Below are positions 11,720 to 25,329 of a DNA stretch of 64,000 nt, one piece after another (within the stretch, counting starts at the first letter, position 1; each line of letters opens with the position of its first letter). The DNA comes from Chrysomallon squamiferum. Taxonomy: Eukaryota > Animalia > Mollusca. The notes beneath the pieces were generated by a model, which had not been told where the DNA came from, did not search any database, and worked only from the letters and a program-made list of their open reading frames with translations. The translations under genes and the position numbers were made by a program. The DNA is taken from NCBI GenBank assembly GCA_012295275.1, contig CM022666.1:4836001-4900000 (forward strand), read 5' to 3'.

Positions 11720-13561
11720 TAACAGATACTACACAAACAACAGAATACTTTTTCAAACAATTACAATAAGACTATGGGGAAATAATCACATATCTTGCAA
11801 AAATATATATAATGCCTTCTACTTTCTTTTCGTTAACGAACTGATTTTTATATTATGTGTTAGAGACAGCTGCACTTTAGAAGATAATAATACTGAATTG
11901 AAAACGAACACAAAATTAAGTTTCCGAGAAGCTGGTTTTTTTTTCGATGAGGCGTTGTCCTTCAAATCACATTTTGATTGACTGTGAGAAAATCAAGCCT
12001 AATGGAGAGGATGACATGCTTAGAATCAAAACTGAACACAAAATTAATAATTAAAAGTTGCATAATGTTCATAAATAAACTACGTGCATTTATTGCTGGT
12101 TGTTACTGTTGTAGTTCTTGTTATTATTAATATTAACATTGCTGTTGTCGTTCAGAGCTCAGGTGGGAAAAAGCACAAAAAATAGCAACAACAAAACAAC
12201 CAAAAAACAAACAACAACAATAATAAACAAAAACAAAACAGTACAAATAAGTCACGTTCTATTCTACGCACGTGAACGCACAGAGAAGAGAGGGGCCAGT
12301 CAGCTGTGGTGTTTTTGGACGAGGGTCAAGTTAATGTAATAATTGGACTCCAAGTGTTCAGTTGGCTGACCAAGTGTTGCCGATCCCTGAACAGCAGTAG
12401 CGTGAATGAAGCAGACAAACAAATGAGATCACACGTTAGATGAACATCTGACAGACAGCGAGGTCATTCTAGGTCGAGTGAACACGTCGACACTGCATTT
12501 CGAACACACTACGTAGCCTACAAGTCAGCTGTTTATAGCGAATGAAACAGTGAGTGAAACAAGATATCAATCACATGTTATGTGTACATTGTTCAGCGGC
12601 GTCATTGTAGACCGGGACTCAGAGTAAATACATAGACCGTGCATTTTGTATGAGCTAAGTCACTTAGATATTTATAAACACTGCTCTGGTAGATCTACTT
12701 TTAAGAATGTGATATGAATATGGTTATATAACAGCAATATTTAACTTACTGTCTATAAAGTATACAAATTATCCTTCATAATTTAAAAAATTAAATCATG
12801 TCACTGATTTGTAAATAAACATCCACTGTACAGATTTACTGAACACAGGCACGCAATAGTAAATACATTACATATTCAGTGTACAAAGAAAAGCCACTAT
12901 GCATGGAGTATTCGTTATCATTTAACATTAATTATATTTACAACATCCACAGATGTGCATGTTTAGAATATTAATTGTACAAAAATATCTTTTCACACAG
13001 AACAGCTACAGCAGAACATCCATTGTGTACAGAACATCTACCATACAAGGACATTCACTGTACACTGAACATCTACTGTACTTGAGCATCCAATGTACAG
13101 TGTATACAGAATATCTGTACAAGATCATTTTTTTACACAGGACACAGACTGAAGAACAGTCACTGTATACAGAACAACGCCAACTGTACGTAGAACATTA
13201 GAGCATCTACTGCACAAAGAATATCCAGTATACAAGAATATCCACTGTACATAGAACATATATTGTACAAGAACATCCATTGTATAATGTGAGTAAAACC
13301 TAAAATAATAACAAATAAAACATGAAGCGGAGTTCATCTTTTGTGAATGATGATTTTCATTGATTATTTTGTTAATAATATTCTGGATGACGAGGTTGAC
13401 AGTAACATTTTAAATGATGATGTTAACAATACAATTCTGAATGATGATGTTAACAATACAATTCTGAATGATGATGCTCACAATGAAATTTTGAATGATG
13501 ATGTAGAATAATGGCCATGGCAGTCTTTGTGTTTACTTATGATCCACATTTATTTTCATTC

Positions 13562-13616
<55 letters not shown>

Positions 13617-13845
13617 TTTACTGAAATGAAAAGTCGTTGTGACACAAATAAATTCCTCGTTTATCTTATAGATTATGTAAACAAATCTCTATACACATAC
13701 GAACACAATATTTCACAGAATCTGATGTCACTGTGAATATAAAACAATTAATATCAAATGAGATTTTTCAGGTTTGTGTATTTCCTGATATGACATGAAA
13801 GAAATATCAGAATGTAATGTTTTTAGGTTTTAAGTAAATTTCTAT

Positions 13846-15385
13846 TCATGTATCTTTCATTGTCTGTTCTTCGCTGGTTTCAAAAATTATTCTTAGCCTG
13901 ACAAAACCAGATTTGTTAAAAGATGAAAAGAGAGAAAGTAAAAAAACAAATAATAATAACAATAAAGTAACTATAATGATCACAAACAAACAAATAAAAT
14001 AATATTCTTTACAACTGAAATTAAAAGAAAATTAATATTCAAGAGACCATCTTAGACAGAAATAATTTACCTTCTTATGTAGATCCGGTAAATTAAGAAC
14101 CAAACAGTTCCTTGAGCACCACAATGGACAAAAATACAACAACAATTTGAGCTGTATCCATGACGATGCGCCTGGCTGCAGTGAGTAAAGCGTCAAGTTG
14201 GTTTTCTACAATGTCTGGTCTCTCCGTCCTGTGAAAGTAAATTGTAAAAACAGAGAATTAAAATTTAAACAAATATAAGAAAACATATTACTTCAAGTAG
14301 TGTCTTTAAGGATGTTAAACACTCAGATATGTAGAAATATAATCTGAGTTCTCACATAAACACAACTAAGACAAATGCACTTACAGTTTTAAATTTATAT
14401 TTGATAAAACTCTGGCGTGACTGGTTAAATTCTTTCATTTTCTATCTATCCCCGGATATATAAATTACATGATAAGTACTGTACTCTGTTAGTCTTTAAT
14501 AATGTATCCCTACCTCGATATACAAATTACATGGTAAGTACTGTACTCTATTAGTCTTTAATAATGTATTCCTACCTGGATATATAAATTACATGGTAAG
14601 TACTGTACTCTATTATCTTTAATAATGTATCCCTACCTCGATATATAAATTACATGATAAGTACTGTACTCTATTAGTCTTTAATAATGTATCCCTACCT
14701 GGATATATAAATTACATGATAAGTACTGTACTCTATTAGTCTTTAATAATGTATTCCTACCTGGATATATAAATTACATGATAAGTACTGTACTCTATTA
14801 GTCTTTAATAATGTATACCTACCTGGATACATAAATTACATGATAAATACTGTACTCTATTCATCTTTAATAATGTATTCCTACCTGGATATATAAATTA
14901 CATGATAAGTACTGTACTGGAATAATACTGTATCCTGGATCTTCAAATCATGTCATTCTGTACCTTTTGTTTCATTTCCAGTTACATATGGATTAAAAAA
15001 AGAAATCAACTAAAAAAAGAAGTATTTAAAAATAAATAAAATAAACTCACAGATAACACTTACCATATCATAATGGAGACCCGGTCTGTTAAAACTTTGC
15101 TTGGTTAGCACGACCTCTGACACGTGTACACCGCCATAACAAGGAGACACACAACTACAGTGACAACAGCATTTGGGATAAAAAGTGTTTAGAATACCTG
15201 GATGAAAAATAAAATTCAAAGAAAATATTAACTGCCGAAAAATGTCATCAACAATAATTACAATAACAATAGTTATAAATAACAACAACAATAACAATAA
15301 TAGTACAAATAATTCTAATAATGATATTACATTAACAACAACAAGTATTTTTTTAGATAAAGGTCCTTGAGTAATAAAGAGCTTT

Positions 15386-15422
<37 letters not shown>

Positions 15423-16300
15423 ACAAGCTTACACTAATAATCACTTATTAATAGACGCAGACATATAAACATGGATACACATATAAGATAGAAATATATA
15501 TATATATACATATTCTCAGAAACACATATATATACATACATACATAAATAATAATAATAATAATAAGCAAAAGGAGACACACAGCTACAGTGACAACAGC
15601 ATTTGGGATAAACAGTGTTTGGACTTCAAGGATGAAAAATAAAATTGGAAAAAAAATATTTCATCAACAACAACAGTTACAATAACAACAATAATAACAA
15701 CAACAATTGCGATAAAATCCTAAGAAATATAAATAATAATGATGACATTGATATTACAATAACAACAACAACAACGATCATTATTTGAGAAAATGGTCTT
15801 TAAGTACGAAAGAGTTATCTTCCTTAATATTCTCTGTTTAGACTTCTGCACTGATATACACTAATATACATATATAAACACACACACAAATACACGGAAC
15901 ACAGACGTCTGTTGTAATAAATCAATAAAAACGAGTATTCGCTACGATTAACCTACCTAGTACAGAATTATCTATCAAACACAAACATGTAAACAGAGAG
16001 AGACAGGCATACACATACCTACCATTACATACAAAACACACATGTACAGACAAATACCACATACACAAACATGCACACAAATACTTTGTGCATATGCATG
16101 TACACATGCATAAACATACTCACATACTTTCACACATTCCAAACCAGTACCCTACATTTCAACACGCACCTGTGCAGAGACAGATAAACTTAATGCTCAC
16201 CTGAATACAGAATTTCTTAACACCTAGTCGAATATCTTCAAACAGAGTTTTAGGTTTTCAGTTTTCTCTCTAAATACGTCATCGTTACCTTCATCATCAG
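13846..16300 (-). pseudogene. Membrane-protein gene copy, disrupted (exons X, partial Y duplicate, Y, W, V; Z missing)
   Basis: X 16300-16170 with TAG and TGA; Y 15197-15064 with TAA at codon 3 and a 1-nt deletion; partial Y duplicate ~15570-15650; W 14228-14071 is +2 nt; V acceptor AG->AA (exon start 13912). Confidence 0.8.
14452..14920. repeat. 62-bp minisatellite, ~7.5 copies
   Basis: Unit CTACCTGGATATATAAATTACATGATAAGTACTGTACTCTATTAGTCTTTAATAATGTATTC-like; ~2.5 copies in the paralog at ~58690-58850. Confidence 0.95.
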
Positions 16301-16378
16301 CTGTCAAGATGATTCACTGTTTGTATTACAGAAAAACTGTGTGTATGGTAATGTATGCAAATAAATCTTCTCAGTATT

Positions 16379-16464
<86 letters not shown>

Positions 16465-16848
16465 TGCTTTACAAAAGTCGAGAATACCTGAGAACTATTT
16501 AACACAACGAGAAAACAAAGATTAGTTTTCAACAGGATAACGTAAAGAGTATTTCAGAGAGATACTACTAATTTTAACAGAATTGATTATAATTATAAAT
16601 ACTCTACAGCTGATTTAGTGCACTGTAAATAAATAAATAAATAAATAAGTAAAAGGCGAAGAAAGGTATTCACTGTTCGATGTGTGTGTGTGTGTGCGTA
16701 CGTGCGTTTGAGTGAGACAGAGTCAGAGTACAGAGTACGAGAAAGAAACGAAAAGTTTTCAATCTGTAAAACAAACACAGCAAATCTAAAGTTTTTAAGA
16801 TCATCTTTTTATTTACTAAATTTTATTCAACATTATTCTTAATATTAC

Positions 16849-16923
<75 letters not shown>

Positions 16924-17267
16924 GATTTTTATTATTATTATTATTATTCCTTTACTTATCTATTTATATATATTATTTGTTGTTGTTTATTTCAAAGCTT
17001 TTTTACGTAACTATTGGAATAGTTTCAGGAACAGTTGTGTTAGTTATAGGCATTGGTATCTACTGCTGGTGGAATGTGTAAGTGTTGTTTAATGACAAGT
17101 TATTATATGTACATAAAGAGAATGAGCTGTGACCGGGCAGTGGTATCATATACTACTATTTTTTCACGATGAATGCTCTGATAATTTATGTGTAAATTAT
17201 ATCGTTATTCTTAATGATAAATTGTACTTTTTTTATAAAACTGCAGACACTGTACGTAATAGACACA

Positions 17268-17365
<98 letters not shown>

Positions 17366-17666
17366 ATACATATACTAGTACCAATAAAGGGAGACAATTC
17401 ACATAGATTACACAGAGAAACAACGGAACTGGGGAAAGACTGGATGGGAAGAGAAAGAGACACATAAAAATAAAAATAATTACCAATAATTTAAAATACG
17501 TTTAATATTTGTATTTCATTTAATCGAATTTTCTTAGTGGCTCCAAAGACATGTACTGAGTATCATCATCATCATTATTGTTTTTATTTTTATTTATTTC
17601 TTTCATAGAACTGTATCCGTCTGTTACTTTTCGAAACTTTTCCTATGAAGCAAGCGTTTGAAGAAG

Positions 17667-17866
17667 NNNNNNNNNNNNNNNNNNNNNNNNNNNNNNNNNN
17701 NNNNNNNNNNNNNNNNNNNNNNNNNNNNNNNNNNNNNNNNNNNNNNNNNNNNNNNNNNNNNNNNNNNNNNNNNNNNNNNNNNNNNNNNNNNNNNNNNNNN
17801 NNNNNNNNNNNNNNNNNNNNNNNNNNNNNNNNNNNNNNNNNNNNNNNNNNNNNNNNNNNNNNNNNN
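17667..17866. other. Assembly gap (200 N)
   Basis: Run of N; the two flanks carry similar but non-identical copies of the same ~250-bp sequence. Confidence 1.
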
Positions 17867-17920
17867 TATCAATTATGAATCACACATTGAGAAACATAAT
17901 GGAACTGAGAGAGAGAGAAG

Positions 17921-17956
<36 letters not shown>

Positions 17957-19768
17957 ATAGAGAGAGATAGATTACCAATATTTTAAAATACGTTTAATAT
18001 TTGTATTTCATTTAATCGAATTTTCTTAGTAGCTCCAACGATATGTCCTGAGTATTCATTATCATCACTACTATTCCTTTCTTCTTCTTCTTCTTCTTCT
18101 GCTTATTATTATTATTATTATTATTGTTATTATTATTATTGTTATCATTATTTCTTTTTACAGAGAACTATATCCGTCTGTTAGTTTTCGAAACTTTTCC
18201 TATGAAGCAAGCGTTTGAAGAAAAGAGGTGTGATAATCAGATAAATGACTGTAATATATTTTATTTTCCATTTAGTTATTAAAAAGTTATTTTTGTTGTA
18301 CTGTTTATTTATTTATTATATACATAAATATTATGTAGATGAAGCTATGTAATTATATATATATACACATACATATATAGAGAGACAAAGAGAGAGGCAG
18401 ACTGACATGGGTATAGGCACACACACACACACAAACACAAACACACACATGTGCACATACTGTTATATATTTATGTAACCTAATGTATTCAGCACTATAT
18501 ATGCGAAGGGTTAACGACGTCACTAAATACTTGTTTAATCAACCAGTTGAATATGTCCAGTTTTACTGTTAGACACCACACTGGCATTTATGGTAAGATA
18601 AAACTCTACACCTCAAGACAATACAGGCTACTATGTTTTTGAATAACAGCCAGGAATATTTGATATGATGTTAGCGATAAAAGGGAACCACGTATTATAG
18701 TCTTTGATAATTTGTCGTGCAGAAATGGTAGATCGGGAAGATTATTAAGAGAAACATCGAGACAGATCACCCTCTGTCACTGAGTCAAAACAGACGGACG
18801 TACAGGTGGACTGGCGGGTGGACTGGCGGGTGGGGGGTTATTTAAGAAATATTACTTCTTTGTTGTTTCTAACACAATTCCATGAATATTAAATTACCTA
18901 CTTTGCAAAATCTAACTTGCTCCTTAACCTGAACATATTAAAACATTATTCAACTCTATTCATCTCGAAAGCTCGTCGATGTTTCTCTATTTTGAATTTC
19001 AATCTGATAAGTTTCAATGAATCCAAACGACCAACGGATGGTTTATTTTTAATAGAAATCAAACAGACACAGATATTACAGTTACTGTGACGATATATTG
19101 GGTCGGAGCTAAATACTGGTGAAACAAACCAGTTTTTCAAACATTTTATTTACGGCTAGGACATAATTTTCCATAAGTTTTCAAGAGGAACTATCACGTG
19201 ATATAAATTTAGCTTTCTTGAATCCATGCTCATGTGTATTAACAACAGTTAGGTCGTGCTGGTGACCTAGAACAGACATTGACATGCGCAGTTCAGTTAG
19301 TGACGCGTTAAAATGGAGATATACAGCTAATAACATTTTTATATGTAAGGTTATTCAACTTTTCTGGATAAAAAGAATTAAGTTTGGAAAACATGAATTG
19401 TGGAACATCTACAAAGTCATTTTATACACAGGTAAGTACTATTATGTCAGTTTAGTTAATCTTTGCAGTTAATTGTATGACAAAACAATACAAATATATC
19501 ACTTACTATCATACTGTGCGCGAGCACACATATGCTCTTATACATTTTGTTTTACTTTAATTTTAAGCATTTTTTATTTTTATTTAGATTTTATCATTTA
19601 TTTAATTAATTATCTTTTTATCTTTTTATAAAAGAATGTAATTATTATATTTCTTTTATATTTCTTGTTGTTTTACAAACAATATTTATTACTGATTATG
19701 ACGAACTATTTATAGCCTCAGTTCTAGAAGAATGTTATTTATTATTTCTCAGAAACCTTAATCTTAAG

Positions 19769-19816
<48 letters not shown>

Positions 19817-19927
19817 TTTTAAAGCAGTCTTATGAATGGGTGCACTCTCTTGGAAATGGCGTTCGTGTTACTGCTAGTTACTGCTTTTTTAATGAACCGA
19901 CCTAAACAACAACAACAACAACAACAA

Positions 19928-19973
<46 letters not shown>

Positions 19974-20796
19974 GTATCGGTGTACATATTCATTTTCAAC
20001 AACAACAACAACCACAACAACAGATGTATTTATTTTTATCAGTAATAGTGCATTCATACTTTCTCAATCCGTCTGTTAGTAATACAGTTGACAACTTCAA
20101 CTAGTGACCTGACAACAATTTATAGCTTGGGTGGAAAGCCCAGTTCCCGAACTAAATTAATATTCATTACTTCTCGGAAATCTTCAAGCAGTTAGAAACA
20201 AGCAAACAAAATAGTGTTAATATGTTGTTATTCAAAATACTGGCAATTATCCGAAATTTTTTATTAGAGTATGAAAAACGTTTTAAATAATAAATATGTC
20301 TAAGTATATGTGTATGTGTGTATATGTTGTAAATATATTTTGTAATACTGTTATTTGAGGCAAGTAACACAAAATGATCTGTTACTTGTTATTATTCATG
20401 ATCTCAGGATCCAGTGATACAAATCAGACCTGGACAAACTGCGTGGTTTCGTGAACTGCACGCTCATTCTTATTTATTTATTTTTTCTCATAAAATCAGA
20501 TGAATAAATTAGAAACTGATATTATTACTTTTGCAAATTTGAAATTATTTATGTCTGCTATTTAAAAAAAATAGATACATATTCATATAGAATACATCAA
20601 GTTTTTCAAGTATTCATTTACGACGAACTATTTACAGCCTGGGCGAAAAGCTCAGTTCTTTACCATTGTTATTTATTACTTCTGAGAAACGTTAATCTAA
20701 AGAAACACCCCCCCCCAAAAACCCAAATATATATATTTTTTCACAGCAAACAAAATTAGATATTAACAGTTATAATTCAGGCCTCTCGTAACAGTC

Positions 20797-22151
20797 TCAA
20801 AGCATATACAGGCCAAAGTAGGTCGTCTCAGGATCTCTCAAAATTCTGTTCACAACTGATGTTCTCACCACCACAGTGTCATTGGCTTTCAGGTAGTAAA
20901 CAGCTCCAATGTAGGAAGGAACAAAACCTTCCTGCTTTCTTCGTACTTTGCATGTTGTTTGAGGATTTCTGTAGAGGACATCATAATTTGGATATTTTTC
21001 AATTGAGTGACACAGCCTAGTGTATTCTAGCTCCCTCTTTTGGTTGGCATCGAATAAAACGTTGGTGTATATGAAGTAGTAAGCAGCTTCTTTGACTTGA
21101 ATCCCGTCAGCGACAACAGCTGCAGCTCCTTTCACAAACGATCTTTTACCAGACGACGTCCATTTGATGAGAGGCTTCGGTGTGTCTGAAAAGTTTGTAA
21201 GAATAAATGACTTTTAAATAATATTTTTATTTTAAATGGTCAACAGTTGTAGTTAATATTACTAATATATTTGTATAACTACTTCAAACTTCTGATATTG
21301 ACTATTTTAGTATCACCATTGATATTTTTACTACTAACGTGCTAATACTAATGTTATCACAATTTCTTCTGTTATTTCCTAACGACTACTAATAACTATG
21401 TGATTACTACTACAACTACTTTTACCAGACCAACTACTGCTATTACTTCTGTTTTACTACTACAACATTTATTACCAAATCACCTCTTTTAACAGAGTAC
21501 AATTACTCTCCTCCTACTACTACTACTCTACTACTACTATTACTACTATTCTTTTACTATTACTACTACTTTACTGCTACTACTACTAGTACTCTACTAC
21601 TACTACTAGTACTACTACTACTGCTGCTACCACTGCTACTACTATTTGTATTCTTACTTTTGTCATATGTTGCATTCACTTCCATTTGTAGATGAGCTGA
21701 CGTCTTCACATTGTTTTCATTATTCAGACGATTAGCGACCTCTCTGATCTGTTTAAGTTTCTGTTCTGAAATATATATATATATATATACAGACACTTAG
21801 ATTCATACATACACAGATTTGTACACACTGTTTTTATTATCTAAATTCAAAAGATCAGCGACATCTCTGATCTGCTTAAGTTTTGGTTCTGAAACACACA
21901 CAAACAAACACATACACATACATATAAATATACACTTGTACATGTTTACATACATAGACTGTACAGAAATTTGCACGTACATACAAATACATAATTATAA
22001 AAACGTTTGTGGATATTTAAATATGTGTGCCTGAGTGTTTCTGTTTGTGTGTGGGTCTTTTTCTGAATGTTTGTCTGTCTGTGTTTGTGTATGTATGTGT
22101 TCATGACTTTTCTTGTGTGACTGTGTTTCTGCGCCTTTGTGTTTTTACGTA

Positions 22152-22186
<35 letters not shown>

Positions 22187-22746
22187 TAACTTACCACTTT
22201 TCTCAGCTTTTGTATGACTTTCACTCAGTTTCTAAAAAGAATGTTAATAACCAATTTGAAACTAGTCCACACTAATCAGTTTTAAATTTATAAATATTTT
22301 TCAGCACTATTAATTTCCCCTTTTCATAATTCACATATTATTTTTTCATTTATAGTGAATTTAACTTTTTATTATTTTTATAGAGAATTTACCTCTTTCA
22401 TAATTTCATATCTCCAGAAAACATTTTTATTTTCATTTAATGTATTTATGGAATATAAGTTTTTAGAATTAAATATGGAATTTACCTTTTTCATAATTTC
22501 ACTTATCACTTTTTCTCCATCTCTGTAACAGCAATACATGGTATTGTTCCTGGTTCTGTTCGTAGATTTGTCATCACAACAGTTTTCTCCTGGTTTGCAC
22601 GAGATTTTCACACACAGTTCCTTGTCAAACAACAAGCTGGTTTCACTGTTCAGATATTCGTTTAATGTTACAGATACAATCAAACTGATGAGTATCAAGT
22701 TTAGTACACTAAGAGAAATGGCAATGACAGGACGAATTGGTACCAT
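20797..22746 (-). CDS. TNF superfamily ligand, copy B (type II membrane protein, 264 aa)
   Basis: E1 22746-22486, E2 22231-22195, E3 21765-21658, E4 21185-20797; all GT-AG; 261+37+108+389=795 nt, open. N-terminal hydrophobic anchor, SAHL strand A, IKW, YYFIYTNVLF, SYIGAVYYLKAND, TYFGLYML. Confidence 0.92.
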
Positions 22747-24252
22747 TTTGTGTAACAACTTTTATTTCCTTCAGAAGTAGTCTGTAAAACATGACGAAAA
22801 GAAGAAAAAAGAATGTTATTAGTAATAAATAATACCAAGATAAATACACACACACGCACACGTACACAGTTTCAATATGCACACACCTATACTGATTCTG
22901 CCACACTCGGAGTTACTCCCCGCACTCTCGTTATCTACAGAATCGCCAAACAAAGCCTGGTTTGCTCTGTCTTGTTTGACTGGGCAGTTGAAATGTTTGT
23001 TATGAATATTTACAATTCTAGTAGCTCAGCCCTCTTGGCTCTTTTGATAAACGTTACACTAGGATTGTTCAATGTATCTTAATCCATAATAATTTCTCCG
23101 TTTTGACTTATTTATTTTAATATCGTTATTATTTTGTTGTGTTGTGTTTTCTCAAGTGGATATAAACATAAATTAGCTGTCATTAAACTGATAAAATACT
23201 CAATACATCTAAAGAAATAATTCCATAAGATTTTTAGAAAACGAGCCCCCAAATTAATTATTTGAAAAATCCCGGACGAAAGCCCCAACTTTTATGTTCC
23301 TTTCACGGGGCTCACATTTTTAAACACCTTGTATGTTTTATTATGACTCAGTCTAGGGTAACAATGTGTTTTACTGGCCACCTAACAAAGAATATACACG
23401 CTAAATTGACAGCAATCTATATAAATCAATAAGTCTCTCTACTCACTAGAGAAATAAACACAACACCAGTTAAGGTTCACGTTAATTATTTAATTATGAT
23501 ATACAGGTGACTTGATAATAATACATTAAACAATCATAAAACAGACGTTTAAGTAATTTTGATTAATGATACGAGAAAGGTCATACGGGGAAAGAAGACA
23601 AAATATCGGTTTGCCCGCCTGACTGTTATTTCGTCTTGACTGCTTACGTCTCTCTTTAATTACCTTTGAACCTGGAACCTTGAATAAAATTAACGTGGTA
23701 ATCAGAGTAAGCACGTCTACGACAGGCACGCTTTCTGACACGTCAGCAGTACTTTAATTACCGAACGAACGTACGAAAAATAATTAACGTGCTAATCAGA
23801 GCTAGCTGTTGTGAAGCACGTGTATAATTACCAAAATGCAGCCCTTTTTATATCAACGCCATGGAGTTGAAAAATTAGCGGAAACAATAAAAGGAGCGGA
23901 TGTGATTGTAGTAATAATTAAAGTTACGCAATTTCAATTCCATAGCTTAAATATAAAAGAGCGGATATCATTTGAAGTGACAATTAAAGTTACGCAATCT
24001 GAATTCATCGCTTAAAAATAAAAGGAGCGGAACTCTGATTGAGGTAACAAATTTGAATTCCGTGACTTTCTTAACCGCGATATTCAGTTTTTTCAAGTTG
24101 GTGTAATATCACATAATATTATACAAATGAAATAGTGAAATTGTAAATGAAATTATAATTTTATATAAATATATATAATCTATGAATTAAGTGAAATTAT
24201 AATTTTATATAATTAAATATAATCTAATAAATAAGTAAAATATTTTACATAC

Positions 24253-24476
24253 CTAAATGATGAAAAAAGTCAACTTGCTATTCAGAGTAAGCTGTTGTGA
24301 AGCACGTGTACGACGGGCTCGCTTTCTGACAAGTCAGCTCTCTGACTGGCGTCGTTGATTTTTATACTTTTGAAAAGATCGTATCGTATTGTCTACCTGC
24401 TCAGGTGTTAAATTTTGATTGGCTAAGAGGAAGTGTCGTCTGCTTTATTTGAATTTAGTGATTAATGGGTTTTTCC
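24253..24476 (-). promoter_or_regulatory. Putative promoter and non-coding first exon of TNF copy B
   Basis: TATAAAA 24366-24360; exon ending at ttag|gtatgt (24253); acceptor ttttacag (exon starts 22781); CCAAT on minus 24422-24418; GAGGAAGT ETS-like 24427-24434; GGGTTTTTCC kB/Dorsal-like 24467-24476; further GGAAATTTCC at 24759-24768. Confidence 0.6.
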
Positions 24477-24935
24477 TTCTTATGTATTTAATTATTTGCT
24501 GTATATTTCGTAGTTAACGTAATAAAATGAGCCAAAGCTATTAAATGTATAGTTTATGTGTATTGTTCAAAAATAAATTACATATAATAGTTGATATTGC
24601 TATATTAGTAATAGTTTTTGTTGTTGTTGCGTATGTTATTATTATTACGACTGTTTTTGTCGTTATTGTTAAATAAAGAGTACAGCGTAACTTCTATTCC
24701 TGTGTCAACTAAACCATAAACAACAAAAGGAAAACATGTAGTCTGTGTATCACACAGTGGAAATTTCCAGCCCAAATTTGTCATCTTACAAGTAATCAGA
24801 ATAAATAAGTGTAGTCATCCATTTATTATTACAGGGCCAGGAATATGAAATGTCTCAAAAATATCTCCCTGTGACAGAAGAATCTTCTGTTTGTAAATGT
24901 CACTTGTATCATGACTGTTGATTCAGTCTGCCGAA

Positions 24936-24970
<35 letters not shown>

Positions 24971-25329
24971 ATGAGCGAAATAATGTAAAATCGAATAAAA
25001 ACAAAACGAAAATAAAACAAAATAAAATAAATGAGATATTTGTTTTGGTTAGGGAAAAACTGTTGAACAACTGGAGTGGAACGGTCGCTTTCCACTGAAC
25101 GCACTGTGTAAGTAGATATGTATCTGTTTGCTATTCTGTATTAATCGTTATGTGATTATTGTGATCGACATATATACTTTCTTATTAGATTGTGCATGTG
25201 TTCATACGTTTGTTTAATAGATATTACCAGTGAAGGGATTTTTTTTTATGTTTGTCTGCCGAATAAAGAAATAAAGAAAGAAAGAAATAAAGAAATTTCA
25301 CTGCCAGAATCGGGAATAAACCGATTCAG

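Noticed and set aside
14452-14920. Regular repeats superficially like a CRISPR array (also 28710-29028, 61745-61900)
   Set aside because: Head-to-tail units without unique spacers, no cas genes, eukaryotic intron-exon context
17624-17960. ORFs with X runs
   Set aside because: Artefacts of the N gap
20797-22746. Assigning a vertebrate symbol such as TNFSF10 or TNF
   Set aside because: THD membership is clear, but orthology cannot be established without a phylogeny
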